The notes beneath the pieces are model-generated. The model saw only the letters and a list, made by a program, of their open reading frames with translations. It had not been told where the DNA came from and did not search any database. Made by a program: the position numbers and the translations under genes. This document shows positions 1 to 10,050 of a stretch of DNA of 64,000 nt, piece after piece. Within the stretch, counting starts at the first letter, position 1; each line of letters begins with the position of its first letter. Origin of the DNA: an uncultured virus (IMG/VR IMGVR_UViG_3300023184_009054) (Duplodnaviria; Heunggongvirae; Uroviricota; Caudoviricetes); the IMG/VR virus record IMGVR_UViG_3300023184_009054; one strand, given 5' to 3'.

Positions 1-734
1 GCTGTATTAGATCCAAAAACAAAATCATAAGAAAAGTTTTTAAAATATTTCATTTGATTGATCCATACATCAAGTGGGAGACTGTATTTTGAAAATTTAG
101 ATGCTAGTTCAGCAGATATAATCTGCTGCTTGTCGCCACGAAAAAAAGTTGCGGTAACTAAAACAATATCGTTTTTACGACTTAGGTTTTCAACAACTTT
201 TCCAATTCTATTCGAACTGTGCTGCACATGGTGTGCTTCATCTACTACAAGGACTAAATCATTCCAAATCTTTTCATTTCTGAATTTTTCCCAACACATC
301 ACTAATGTCTGTCTACAACAAATGATTACTCTTTCGTTGATGTCTGTAACTTCTTTGGAATTTAAAAAAGACAGAAGTTCTCTAATAGTTCTGATGCCTT
401 TTTTACTGCATAAATTAGTTTTTGGATTCCAATCTATTTTAGTTCCATCAGTCAATTGGACTTTAATACTTTTACCAAAACTAGATGCAATAAGAGTCTC
501 AGGAACACAGATAATCACTTTCTTATTATTATTTACAGCTTTTTTCCAAGCTATGCTGGCTATAACAATGGATTTACCAGACCCTGTTGGGGCATTTATA
601 ATCCCCAATTGTTCTTTTTGAAGCTGTTTTCTGCAATCTACCTGCCAATTTCTTTCTTTGACATATTCATCGTTGTTTTCGATGATGGTTGAGTGATTCG
701 AAGACTTCCAGTCAAATCCATTGATCTTAGACAT
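1..734 (-). CDS. SF2 DEAH-box helicase, N-terminal part (runs off window start; absent from ORF track)
   Basis: Manual translation from ATG at 734: MSKINGFDW...RNWQ...INAPTGSGKS (Walker A)...VVDEAHHV (motif II)...VTATFFRGD (motif III); open to position 1. Confidence 0.9.
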   Translation of the reverse strand, partial: MSKINGFDWKSSNHSTIIENNDEYVKERNWQVDCRKQLQKEQLGIINAPTGSGKSIVIASIAWKKAVNNNKKVIICVPETLIASSFGKSIKVQLTDGTKIDWNPKTNLCSKKGIRTIRELLSFLNSKEVTDINERVIICCRQTLVMCWEKFRNEKIWNDLVLVVDEAHHVQHSSNRIGKVVENLSRKNDIVLVTATFFRGDKQQIISAELASKFSKYSLPLDVWINQMKYFKNFSYDFVFGSNT

Positions 735-846
735 TATTTGCCCTTCCAAAAAACATTATGATCTATAAGTTAATACAACCTCATAAGGTCTTTCGTCACA
801 TCCATATTAATATTTCGCAAAATTATCCAAAAAACAAAAAATAAAA

Positions 847-876
847 CAAAAAACCACGACTTTTAAAAATCGTGGT
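847..876 (-). terminator. Intrinsic terminator-like hairpin
   Basis: ACCACGA(853-859)/TCGTGGT(870-876) stem with adjoining A-run (U-tract on minus strand), downstream of 911..1405. Confidence 0.65.
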
Positions 877-910
877 AATGAAATATACTTAAAAAAAGGG
901 CAAAGTAAAG

Positions 911-1405
911 TTAAGCGTAAGAATAAGTGCCAGTAAAAAAGCTTCTATGAAATTTATTTAGATGGTAGTCAATATCTTTGAGCAACAATGTAATGTTTTT
1001 CTTAACTTCGACCACACCTTCTTCTTTATCGACATTAATTTGCGAAATATCATAAATTTTATTGAATAAATCTTTAAAAATGAATTCTTCTTGCATGTTT
1101 TTTCTTTTTTTCTTCAATAAGTTAAAAACATTCATTGCAATTTTATACAACTTATCCATAAATTTCTTTTTATCTGTATTGGATGAATTACTCATACTAT
1201 CGAATGAATCTACCGCATCCTGTACTTTGCGACTTAAATCAGATAGTTCTTTTTTGGTATCTTCGCTTGACACCAAATCGCTCTGATCGATGATACCATC
1301 TTCATTTTCATCCGACACTTGTTTTAGATCTGGATGGTGCATCAAACCAGATGATTCCAAATAAACATATTCTTTATAAAGCTTATAAAACCTATAATCA
1401 ATCAT
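911..1405 (-). CDS. Hypothetical protein, probable late gene
   Basis: 164 aa; SD-like AAGGA; GATAGATA motif at 1449..1442 upstream. Confidence 0.7.
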   Translation of the reverse strand: MIDYRFYKLYKEYVYLESSGLMHHPDLKQVSDENEDGIIDQSDLVSSEDTKKELSDLSRKVQDAVDSFDSMSNSSNTDKKKFMDKLYKIAMNVFNLLKKKRKNMQEEFIFKDLFNKIYDISQINVDKEEGVVEVKKNITLLLKDIDYHLNKFHRSFFTGTYSYA

Positions 1406-1469
1406 ATTATTCCTTAGTCTACATTAAAAAAACATATGCTTTATCTATCGTTTCCGATATATAATAAGT

Positions 1470-1784
1470 ATGTCAAAAACAAAAAATATGTTGTTTTGGG
1501 TGTTGTTTACAATAATACTATCGATTAGTGCCTTCGATCTCTATCTCATAGTAAGATTTCAAAATGTACTAATCGATGAAGAAAAAAACATAATTGGAAT
1601 ATGGTTAATAAGGTTAGATTCTGGTTCTGTTGCGTTGTTTTCAGCACTGAAAATGTTTGGAACATGTTTAAGTTTAATGATTTGGAAAAAAATTCTAATT
1701 AAAAATCACTTTTGGGGTTTTTTCATTGGTTTTTCATTGGTTTTGTTTCAGATATTTTTGTTCTGCTGGCTAGTTTTCTTTTAA
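1470..1784 (+). CDS. Small multi-pass membrane protein (DUF5658-like)
   Basis: Three hydrophobic segments; D..T/L...E.N..G.W pattern recalled from DUF5658; GATATATA 6 nt upstream of ATG. Confidence 0.6.
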   Translation: MSKTKNMLFWVLFTIILSISAFDLYLIVRFQNVLIDEEKNIIGIWLIRLDSGSVALFSALKMFGTCLSLMIWKKILIKNHFWGFFIGFSLVLFQIFLFCWLVFF

Positions 1785-2107
1785 TGACTATGAAAACCTT
1801 TTAACAGAATAAATCCCAATATGATAAAAATCAATCCGACCATTTGAAAATAGTTAAATGAGAATTTAAAAATCATTAATGGGATGCAATATCCAATTAC
1901 CAGAATCATAAAATCCCAATATATGCTATTAATGAGAATTTTTTCTTTGTCATCTAAAGATTTAACAAGCATAAACCAAATTACAGTTCCGCAAGTGTTT
2001 AAAAGAATTGAAACAATAAAAAACCAATGACTTTTTCTGGTTGAATCGGAAAAAGTCAAAAACATTACCAGAGTGTAAAAAATACTAGCAACAATGTAAT
2101 GCCACAT
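1781..2107 (-). CDS. Small 4-TM membrane protein (SMR/EamA-like size)
   Basis: 108 aa, four hydrophobic helices, C-terminal QMVGLIFIILGFILL; CATATATA 4 nt upstream. Confidence 0.65.
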   Translation of the reverse strand: MWHYIVASIFYTLVMFLTFSDSTRKSHWFFIVSILLNTCGTVIWFMLVKSLDDKEKILINSIYWDFMILVIGYCIPLMIFKFSFNYFQMVGLIFIILGFILLKGFHSH

Positions 2108-2126
2108 GACTTATATATGTTTTGAA

Positions 2127-3197
2127 TCATGTGTTAATATCCATTTTCTTTTTTGATTCTTCTAAACTAAATCCAAGTTGTTTGAATTCTTTCAATCTAA
2201 GAATTTGATCTAAATTTAAATTACCAGCGGATTCGGCCCATTCTTCAATTAATTCAGTTTTTAATTCCAAATCTGGATTAGAAAAACACTTAACATATTT
2301 AAACCTACTCGGCCTACTTCTTAATGCCTCGTCTATTTTTTCAATGTTATTTGCAGTCAAGATAAAAACAACTCTTTCATAAGAATTAAACACACCATCC
2401 AAACAATTAAGTATTACATCAAATGTAAACTTGATTCCCATATTGTTGCTTCCGTTATTGCCCTCTCCTATGATGCACTTTCTACCATCAAAGTAATTAT
2501 CAAAATCCTCTAAAAGAACAATCGTACCTGAAGATATCTGAGAAAACATGAACATGATGTCTATATTCGTAAATTCGGGAACGAATGTTATAATTGTTAT
2601 TGGCAAATTATGTTTAACCGCAAGATATTTTACATAAGAAGTTTTTCCATTGCCTGGTTCACCATACAAAATAGCTCCTGTTTTGGAATTGTTTAACAAT
2701 ATGTTTCCTATCTCATCATCAAAGTCTTTCCATAAACTTTCTGGAAATATAGGGTTATTGGCATATTTAATAGCTCCAATTTTATCTGTGTTCCATGGAG
2801 TTGCTATTCTAACTGGTATGCCGAATAAATTAATTTGTAATTGCTTAAGACTAACTTCTAGAAAAGTTTTTATCTTTTTGTGATTCCAACGAGTACACAT
2901 GATAGAAGTAACTAAATCCTTACCTTGAAACCCAGCTTGAAGCAATCTCTCGTAATGACTAATGTAAAACCATGGGAAATTTTTATTGAAACAAAAAGCC
3001 CTATAAACTACCGGATGTCTTATCTCAGTAAAAAACTCTTCGTCAATTATAAATTTCTTTTCATCTTTACAGATGTCATAAAGAGTTCTGAATGTGTTGT
3101 TGTCGATTCGTATTTCTATTAAAATCAAATATCTAATGATCGCCCATGTGCCAACAGCAATTCCACTCAAGGCTAATATCGGTGTCATCCAATTCAT
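2127..3197 (-). CDS. Membrane-anchored AAA ATPase (BCS1-like)
   Basis: N-terminal TM; GEPGNGKT Walker A; VLLEDFD Walker B; ILNCLDG; TANN..KIDEAL..RPSRF second region of homology. Confidence 0.85.
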   Translation of the reverse strand: MNWMTPILALSGIAVGTWAIIRYLILIEIRIDNNTFRTLYDICKDEKKFIIDEEFFTEIRHPVVYRAFCFNKNFPWFYISHYERLLQAGFQGKDLVTSIMCTRWNHKKIKTFLEVSLKQLQINLFGIPVRIATPWNTDKIGAIKYANNPIFPESLWKDFDDEIGNILLNNSKTGAILYGEPGNGKTSYVKYLAVKHNLPITIITFVPEFTNIDIMFMFSQISSGTIVLLEDFDNYFDGRKCIIGEGNNGSNNMGIKFTFDVILNCLDGVFNSYERVVFILTANNIEKIDEALRSRPSRFKYVKCFSNPDLELKTELIEEWAESAGNLNLDQILRLKEFKQLGFSLEESKKKMDINT

Positions 3198-3625
3198 ATT
3201 TGTTTACTCAAATCTAAGCGAAAAAAAATCGCTTCTTGTTGGGAAAAACCTATTTTTTTATAAAATCCAATATTTGCTTCAGTAGTAAAAAGAACTAATT
3301 TGTAGCAAGGCTCTCGCTTGGCTTGGAGAATAACATAATCTATTAGCAACTTCCCAATTCCTTTTCCTTGAAAGTCCTTGGCCACACAAACATCTTCAAT
3401 ATAACCACACTTTTCTTTGTAACGAAATTTAGATTGTAATAATAAACTAGCTGTTGCTATAATCCTATTATCATCTTCAACAACAAAAGTTTTAACTCCA
3501 CATTTGCTTCTATGTTTTAATATTTGAGAAACATCACCAGCCTCGGAATGTATTTCTCCTAATTCACTAAGACAATTCATTAATCCTTTGTTTAAATCTG
3601 ATTTTCTAAATAATCTAATTTCCAA
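3194..3625 (-). CDS. GNAT acetyltransferase, glucosamine-6-phosphate N-acetyltransferase (GNA1)-like
   Basis: GYIEDVCV, FQGKGIGKLL acetyl-CoA motif, CYKLVL, FYKKIGF; TTG start with SD AGAGGAG. Confidence 0.85.
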   Translation of the reverse strand: MEIRLFRKSDLNKGLMNCLSELGEIHSEAGDVSQILKHRSKCGVKTFVVEDDNRIIATASLLLQSKFRYKEKCGYIEDVCVAKDFQGKGIGKLLIDYVILQAKREPCYKLVLFTTEANIGFYKKIGFSQQEAIFFRLDLSKQI

Positions 3626-3665
3626 TTTTAAATCTCCTCTTGATCAAATCAAAATAATCATGCAT

Positions 3666-3694
3666 ATTATCACAAAGAAATGAATAACTGTCAA
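3666..3694 (-). promoter_or_regulatory. Sigma70-type promoter for GNAT-AAA operon
   Basis: TTGACA-N17-GATAAT on minus strand. Confidence 0.7.
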
Positions 3695-3711
3695 ACTGAT
3701 AATGGATTGCA

Positions 3712-4749
3712 ATGAAATATATAACACACATAGGTCGCAAGTTTTTAAGAAATGGTGGTGCTGAAATATTTTTAAGAAGTATTGCATCACATGAGATGTT
3801 TCAAGGCGATCTGCAATTCAGACAAAGTTTATGCATCGATAGAAACTTTTATGATAAAGAATTTTGCGAAACATTTACTCATCCTGTGTACCTTGGCGGG
3901 AAAAACGAAATAAATAAAGCGATTGAAAATGAAGATATAATCTTGTTTTGGGGAGACATTCAATTAAACAATCTTGGTATTAAAAAACCAAAAGTTTGCA
4001 TATTGTTCGTGTGTAGCGAAGAACCAAATATAGTTTCCAAAAATTCAGACTATATTACACATTGCATCGCTTCATCAAAGAGAGCAGCACTAATTTCGTG
4101 TGGCAACATACCATATACAGTAATTCATGCTGGTTTTGACAAAACAAGATTAACACCAACAGAAACTAGAGATTCACAAAGAAAAAAAATGAATTTGAAT
4201 GATGATGATTTCTTAGTTGGCATGATCTCAAGAATTGGAGACAACAAAAGACAATTTTGGCTTATGGAAGCAATTCAAAAAATAAAATCAGAAAAAATAA
4301 AAGCAGTTTTTGTTGGTGGTGGAAAAGATTTAAAAAAACTTAAAAATATGAATGTAAGAAATTGCTTGTTTGTCGGCCATCAAGATGATGTCGCAAATTG
4401 GTATCTGTCTATGGATGCTTTTTGCATATTGTCAAAAAGCGAAGGAGGGCCAACAACCTTATTCGAATCGTCTTACATGAGAGTTCCATTGATACATACA
4501 GAATTTGCATTTACAAAAGAATTATGCAATAGTTATAATTCTTTTTTTGTAAGAGATGTTAAAGATTTGGTGGAAGTTATAAAAACAATGTATTCATTGG
4601 GAAGAGAAAATTTAAAAAAATATACAGATAATAATTATCGTATATACGAAGAGTTTGGAAATATAGAAAAGTCGGCAACAAATTGGTATAGAACAATTAA
4701 AAATGTGGTGGCAAAAAAAGAAAGAGAAGATTGCAGATTACTTTTATAA
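3712..4749 (+). CDS. Glycosyltransferase family 4 (GT-B)
   Basis: GGAE, ISRIGDNKRQ, FVGHQDDV, SKSEGGPTTLFES. Confidence 0.9.
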   Translation: MKYITHIGRKFLRNGGAEIFLRSIASHEMFQGDLQFRQSLCIDRNFYDKEFCETFTHPVYLGGKNEINKAIENEDIILFWGDIQLNNLGIKKPKVCILFVCSEEPNIVSKNSDYITHCIASSKRAALISCGNIPYTVIHAGFDKTRLTPTETRDSQRKKMNLNDDDFLVGMISRIGDNKRQFWLMEAIQKIKSEKIKAVFVGGGKDLKKLKNMNVRNCLFVGHQDDVANWYLSMDAFCILSKSEGGPTTLFESSYMRVPLIHTEFAFTKELCNSYNSFFVRDVKDLVEVIKTMYSLGRENLKKYTDNNYRIYEEFGNIEKSATNWYRTIKNVVAKKEREDCRLLL

Positions 4750-5361
4750 TCTACTTCTTTTTATTTTTTTTAAGTTTTTAATGTCCGAAGAACTTTGCTT
4801 ATAATCTTCTTTAATCAAATCCATAAATTTTTCTTTTAAGTCTTCTGGTATTGACATTAAAATCTTATCAATCAATTTATAATCAATGTAAAAAGTTCCT
4901 AATTTTACAAGTCCAAACTCACTGGAAAATCTTTTATAAAAATCATGATACATAATTTTTAAAGATGCAAATTCAGTGCTAAATTCTAAAGCAACAGGGT
5001 TTTCCTTGTCTATTACAGTCTTTATTGATTTTAAAGCTTCTGAATATACTTTATACGGATTCATGCTTTTTCCACTAGGAGAAAGTTCATCTTTAGCACC
5101 TTCTAATGTCATAAAAACAACATAGGTTGGTCTTGTTAATTCGTCTTTAAATTTATTTTCATATTTGAATAAGTCTGGCATTTTTTGAAATAGAAAATCT
5201 TTAACTCCTCTTGGATGCCTTATGAAATTCATTTTATATTTTTCGTTTTCGGAAGCATAGAAATGATAATCATATTGCCACTTACTTCCCTGTAATGCTA
5301 CTGGCTTAAAATCCGACAAGACTGACCGCAATTCATTTATGTATTGATAAAACGATTTCAT
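4744..5361 (-). CDS. Hypothetical, putative head internal protein; paralog of 5478..6227
   Basis: N-terminus MKSFYQYINE; shares P..VY...K.VI...NP.A...SL...Y..FYK block with neighbour. Confidence 0.65.
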   Translation of the reverse strand: MKSFYQYINELRSVLSDFKPVALQGSKWQYDYHFYASENEKYKMNFIRHPRGVKDFLFQKMPDLFKYENKFKDELTRPTYVVFMTLEGAKDELSPSGKSMNPYKVYSEALKSIKTVIDKENPVALEFSTEFASLKIMYHDFYKRFSSEFGLVKLGTFYIDYKLIDKILMSIPEDLKEKFMDLIKEDYKQSSSDIKNLKKIKRSRL

Positions 5362-5477
5362 GAATGTATATATATTTCACCAAGGCATTCTCAAGTGATT
5401 ATAATTAAAACTATTAGTCAATTTAATGAAATTATTGGTTTAACTTTTCAAACCATTTCTAAAATAAACTACGACAT

Positions 5478-6227
5478 TTAAGATGTTTTGTTTTTATGAA
5501 ACATTTTAAATTTTCTTATTTTAGAAACATAAGATTTTTTTTCTAAATCTACATCTTGTATTATTTTGATAAATTTGTCTGGTAAAGTTTGGTCTATTTT
5601 TCTTGAATCTCTTATTATGCTATCAATCTTATCTTTATTTATATAAAAGTCAGATCCGACAAAAGCGTATTGGGTATGAAGATAATATTTGTAAAATCTA
5701 TCATATATCGATATTAGACTTGGGTCTTGGTCATTGGGAGTTATCCAGAATGCATCAGGATTCTTTTCCTCGATGACCTTTCTGGTTGCCACAATCACAT
5801 TGGCATATACAAATAATGGATCGCTTTCTTCAAATTTACCAAATTTTGGAGTAAAATTACTTTTTTCACTATATAAATCTAATTTAAAAATTGCTTTTAA
5901 ATTACTTAAAAATATATCATTAATTTTTTTACCTAAATCAGAATCCTTCTCTATTGAAAGTTTTGCGAGGAACATCTTAGCAATTTCAGACGATAATCTT
6001 CTGCCGAAATTTTCAAATTGAACTTCATAATTGTCAGAATGCTCAATATCATATTCTTTTGATTTAAATTGATATCCAAAACCAGTACCAAAATTAGACA
6101 ACTTGACAGAACCAAGTGGTGCTTGCATTGCTGGGTATGATTTTCCGGTTATGGGATCAGTCCAATTAAATGAAACTTCTTGTAACAAAGCTTCAATAAG
6201 GTAATTTTTAAAATCCAATTTGAACAT
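5478..6227 (-). CDS. Hypothetical, putative head internal protein; paralog of 4744..5361
   Basis: N-terminus MFKLDFKNYLIE; shared C-terminal block; GATAAATA 4 nt upstream. Confidence 0.65.
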   Translation of the reverse strand: MFKLDFKNYLIEALLQEVSFNWTDPITGKSYPAMQAPLGSVKLSNFGTGFGYQFKSKEYDIEHSDNYEVQFENFGRRLSSEIAKMFLAKLSIEKDSDLGKKINDIFLSNLKAIFKLDLYSEKSNFTPKFGKFEESDPLFVYANVIVATRKVIEEKNPDAFWITPNDQDPSLISIYDRFYKYYLHTQYAFVGSDFYINKDKIDSIIRDSRKIDQTLPDKFIKIIQDVDLEKKSYVSKIRKFKMFHKNKTS

Positions 6228-6230
6228 ACA

Positions 6231-6698
6231 TTATTTATCTAAGATTTTGTATTTTTCTTGCAAATAAGCAAGCAATTCTTTTTGCTCTTGATCTAAAGTC
6301 TTATTTTTGTCGAAAAGTATTTCATATTTTTTCTGCATTTCTTGGAATGTTTCTCTTTTTCTCTTAATTGGAAATTCAGTTTTATAGTATTGGATATCAT
6401 CTGCAATATCGATGGAATCCAAAAAAGAACTATAATCTACGGCAAAACCTATTCTTTTTTCAGAGTATTTAAGAACTCTCATATCAACACTTTTGGTTGG
6501 TATCTTTCTAATTTCAGCAATAGTGTATTTAATTTCATTGGTTGCAATTGATGGTTTTGAATTTGTCTTTTTATTGAATTCATGGATCAAATCGTTGAAT
6601 TTAATCCAATAATTTTTAGTTGAGACTTCAGTATTTGTAGAAGTTTCAATTTTTCCTTGCGACAACAATAAAAATATAACTGAAAATAAAGAACACAT
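6231..6698 (-). CDS. Hypothetical exported/membrane-anchored helical protein
   Basis: Start reassigned to MCSLFSVIFLLL (SD AGGAG); N-terminal hydrophobic segment. Confidence 0.6.
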   Translation of the reverse strand: MCSLFSVIFLLLSQGKIETSTNTEVSTKNYWIKFNDLIHEFNKKTNSKPSIATNEIKYTIAEIRKIPTKSVDMRVLKYSEKRIGFAVDYSSFLDSIDIADDIQYYKTEFPIKRKRETFQEMQKKYEILFDKNKTLDQEQKELLAYLQEKYKILDK

Positions 6699-6814
6699 GA
6701 AAATTCTCCTTGGGTTTGTTTTCATAAGGATAATTTGATTTGTTTCATTTGTCAATCGATCTTGCTTTAATATTATAAATGATTTAAAATTCATTCGTTC
6801 AAAGGAGAAAAAAC

Positions 6815-7333
6815 ATGAACGAACTTGAAAATCCAGTGGCATTAGGAATCACAATAACTCTTGACCCAACCGAACAGTTAATTTGCAAAGCTATCGCTAA
6901 AAAAAGATATCAAAATGCAAGAAGTATGAATGTCAAAAACTCTAAAATTGGTGATCAATCTAATGAGCAGACTGATCTTGAAGGCGTTTCATCTGAATTA
7001 GCGTTTTGTAAGATGTTCAATGTATATCCCGATCTAACAGTACAAGTTAGATCGTCAATAGATGGCACAGATCAAGGTGATGCTGTGTTGCGTGATGGAA
7101 GAACTGTCGATGTAAAAAGCACAAGATATTTCACAGGAAGACTCCTTGCTGTAAGATGGAAGAAACAAAATGTCGATTTGTTCGCTCTAATGATAGGAAC
7201 TTTCCCAACATATACATTTAAGGGATTTATGAAAAGTGAAGAGCTTTTAAAAGAAGAAAGAATAGGTAATTTAGGTCACGGAAATGGCTACATAGCACAA
7301 CAGCATGAACTTAAAGATCTTGAAAATATATGA
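6815..7333 (+). CDS. Hypothetical, possible PD-(D/E)XK-fold protein
   Basis: SD AAGGAG; ELAF...GD....TVDVKST pattern. Confidence 0.55.
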   Translation: MNELENPVALGITITLDPTEQLICKAIAKKRYQNARSMNVKNSKIGDQSNEQTDLEGVSSELAFCKMFNVYPDLTVQVRSSIDGTDQGDAVLRDGRTVDVKSTRYFTGRLLAVRWKKQNVDLFALMIGTFPTYTFKGFMKSEELLKEERIGNLGHGNGYIAQQHELKDLENI

Positions 7334-7345
7334 AATAGGAGTCGC

Positions 7346-7844
7346 ATGATCAATAATTTGTTTAAACTTTATTTTTTTTTTGCATTATTTCTATGTGGTT
7401 GTCCAAAAGCAACTAATGATAATTTGAATGATATAAAGCAAAATCCCATAGAAGAAAAGCATAGTCAGAATATAGATTATAAAAATGAATATTCCGAATC
7501 AAATCTAAAGCTCTTAAAGCTTCATAATAAACAAAGAGAATACAAAGGTAGGGTTGGATTAGATTTAGATAAAACTCTTATAAATTACGCACAAAAGCAT
7601 GCTGAATGGATGGCTAGAAAAAATAACCTTACTCATTCTGATATATCAGTTTTAATGGGCAAGTATCATACTGCTGGTGAAAACATAGCTTGGAATCAAG
7701 AAGACGAGGAAGAGGTGACAAATTCATGGATGAATTCTTCTGGTCATCGTGCAAATATCTTATAGAAGTTTTTCCAAAGTTGGATTTGGTGTCGCACCAG
7801 CAAAAGATGGAAGTCTATATTGGTGTACTGTTTTTGGAGACTGA
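7346..7844 (+). pseudogene. CAP/SCP-domain lipoprotein split by a frameshift at about 7763
   Basis: Lipobox LCGC; HN..R, AQKHAEWM, GENIA, WMNSSGHRANIL then TAG; expected C-terminus RSFSKVGFGVAPAKDGSLYWCTVFGD* lies in the +1 frame 7764..7844. Confidence 0.85.
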
Positions 7845-8273
7845 TTCCATTTTCAAATATAAATTCTTAGGTGGTTCTTTATAATAAAACTTTATATAAG
7901 GACAAATCCAAGCTCCTTGATCAGACATCATACCTTTAAGATTTTCTTCATAGACATCATAAAGCCAACCATCATACAATGGCTCTTTGTAAATCATTTT
8001 AACATCACATGATGGAAAATAATTATCTGATACCAGAAGAATAAAACCATTTTCGTAATCTGATAGTTTTTTAAGCTTGCATCCTATATTTATCAATCTG
8101 TCTGTTCCAACAACCACTGGAGATAATGCCATGTCTGTAATTTGTGCTGGTGCAAAATCATAAAATTCTCCATTTTTTTCAAACATCCATCTATTGTCTC
8201 TTTTTAAAACAAAGAATGTTCTTACTCCAATTTTTTCGTAATCACTCTGATCAAATTCGTTTAAAACACTCAT
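7815..8273 (-). CDS. Hypothetical (DUF6717-like)
   Basis: WMF...GTD.....W.CPY..FYY..PPK.LY pattern recalled from DUF6717. Confidence 0.55.
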   Translation of the reverse strand: MSVLNEFDQSDYEKIGVRTFFVLKRDNRWMFEKNGEFYDFAPAQITDMALSPVVVGTDRLINIGCKLKKLSDYENGFILLVSDNYFPSCDVKMIYKEPLYDGWLYDVYEENLKGMMSDQGAWICPYIKFYYKEPPKNLYLKMESVSKNSTPI

Positions 8274-8707
8274 TGGAAGTCCTTAAATTTGTTTTGTGTT
8301 ATCTTTATTTTTTCAGTATCTTTAGCTGGTCTAGAAAAAACTTTTAGAACCATTTCTTCTTTTCTATAATTGAGTACAAATATAATCATATCACACTCTA
8401 AAGATTTACTTTTAGATGCGTATAAAATATTATGAATTTCAATCTTTTTTGATATCAACTTCTCAATACAACCAGCAATATCAAATGCAAAATTGTAATA
8501 AAATGTTTTGCCATCTCTTGCTCCTCCAACAATTTCATTTCTCGATGGACAAGCAAGCAATTCTATTTTTTTCGTATCTTCACCAAAGCTTACTTTGGTG
8601 TGAATATTAGTTTCCATATCAGATTCTTTTCTTTTTTCCTCTCCGATATAGCACCAATTGGTGTATACGCTTTCAAATATTTTTTTATATATTGGTTTAA
8701 TTTCCAT
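8270..8707 (-). CDS. Hypothetical protein
   Basis: 145 aa, overlapping/coupled with both neighbours. Confidence 0.65.
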   Translation of the reverse strand: MEIKPIYKKIFESVYTNWCYIGEEKRKESDMETNIHTKVSFGEDTKKIELLACPSRNEIVGGARDGKTFYYNFAFDIAGCIEKLISKKIEIHNILYASKSKSLECDMIIFVLNYRKEEMVLKVFSRPAKDTEKIKITQNKFKDFQ

Positions 8708-8901
8708 TAAGCGTACCCTGCCTTTCTGTCTATTTCGATAATCATATTCAATACTTTTTCTACCTCACTAAGCATCTCTGCTTTAGTTCCGTAGAATCTA
8801 AAATCTCCAAAATCATGGGCGATATCCCAAGGATAATTGGGTGATAACCTCTCTGCCTCAACATGAACACCATCTGAAGTATCAAAAACTATTTTTTTCA
8901 T
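8707..8901 (-). CDS. Hypothetical protein
   Basis: 64 aa, in operon. Confidence 0.6.
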   Translation of the reverse strand: MKKIVFDTSDGVHVEAERLSPNYPWDIAHDFGDFRFYGTKAEMLSEVEKVLNMIIEIDRKAGYA

Positions 8902-8910
8902 TTCATTTCT

Positions 8911-9141
8911 CTAAAAAGGTAATTCGTCAATTGTAAAAAACTTTGGAGAAACAACTTTGTATTCTTCTCCTATAAAATCAAGTATTTGTTGCTTTTTTTG
9001 ATCTGGTAAAAAATCAAAAGTTAATGCCAACAAATCAATAGCCACATTAACTTCGTCTTCCTCATTTGAGGATGCTGATTTTATAATCGAATTTAAAAAA
9101 TTCATAATCTTCTTTTTAATTTCAAGATTACTTTTTTTCAC
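8911..9141 (-). CDS. Hypothetical protein
   Basis: 76 aa, GTG start with SD GGAG; TTTACT...TATAGT promoter-like sequence upstream. Confidence 0.6.
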   Translation of the reverse strand: MKKSNLEIKKKIMNFLNSIIKSASSNEEDEVNVAIDLLALTFDFLPDQKKQQILDFIGEEYKVVSPKFFTIDELPF

Positions 9142-9201
9142 AGCACAAACTCCATAATTACACTATATCAACATTTCATGAACAGTAAAGAAAACTAATA
9201 G

Positions 9202-10050
9202 TCACCAAGAATAAAAATCAGATTTATACAAATCAAAATTAAAATCAAATATTTTCCTTTGTAAGTTTTCAGCAAAATGTTCTGGGCTTATGATGACATT
9301 GGTATCGCAATTTTTAATATTTTCTTTAACAATACTTGTTACACCATCAATAAACTTTACAGTTCCAAGAAGTGGCATTGTTTCTAAAAGTTGAAAAAAA
9401 CATTCCTCAGAAATTGATTTGTTGACTAAGAGATACTTACATAATTTTTTCATTTTGGTTGAAGCATCACACCAATCAGGGTGTTTTGCTGAAATTAAGT
9501 CAATAATAAACAAATCATAATTGCAAGACACAAAAGAATAAACACTTCTAATATTGTGCAGATACTGTCTCTCTTCACTAAATCCAATACTCTTTAAAAA
9601 AGCCGAATCATCTTGAGCTTCTGGCTTTGATTTTATCATACTTTGTATTAACAACCATGAATTCTTATTTTCAAGATCGATTGGAGATTCATCATTCCAA
9701 GTTATTTTATAATCACTATCGCACTTGTAGCCAAAACATTTCCCATCAAATGAATTGTCATTATAAAACAAAATAGAAAATGACGAATCTCTTTTTTCTG
9801 TATTGATATTTCCATCAATACAAATACACACTTGATCCACTGAAGCACCGACTTTAAACAGTTTGACAATCGATGCAATTTCATAATCATTTTTAGAAAA
9901 AACAATACAAGATGGAGAACCTTGCTTTCCAAATATTAAAAAGGAAGGTGTTAAAATTGATTTAGAATGTGACGACCAATATTCTTTAAATTTCTTGGCA
10001 AACTTAAAAATATTCTTTTCTTCCGTGAAAATAAAATCAAACATAATCAA
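9202..10050 (-). CDS. Hypothetical protein
   Basis: 282 aa ORF in operon. Confidence 0.65.
   Translation of the reverse strand: MIMFDFIFTEEKNIFKFAKKFKEYWSSHSKSILTPSFLIFGKQGSPSCIVFSKNDYEIASIVKLFKVGASVDQVCICIDGNINTEKRDSSFSILFYNDNSFDGKCFGYKCDSDYKITWNDESPIDLENKNSWLLIQSMIKSKPEAQDDSAFLKSIGFSEERQYLHNIRSVYSFVSCNYDLFIIDLISAKHPDWCDASTKMKKLCKYLLVNKSISEECFFQLLETMPLLGTVKFIDGVTSIVKENIKNCDTNVIISPEHFAENLQRKIFDFNFDLYKSDFYSW

Noticed and set aside
58..692. Plus-strand ORFs 58..621 and 456..692
   Set aside because: Shadows of the minus-strand DEAH helicase.
6699..6842. MNFKSFIILK as another capsid-targeting tag
   Set aside because: It lies in an upstream extension overlapping the divergent gene's start region; the SD-supported start is 6698.
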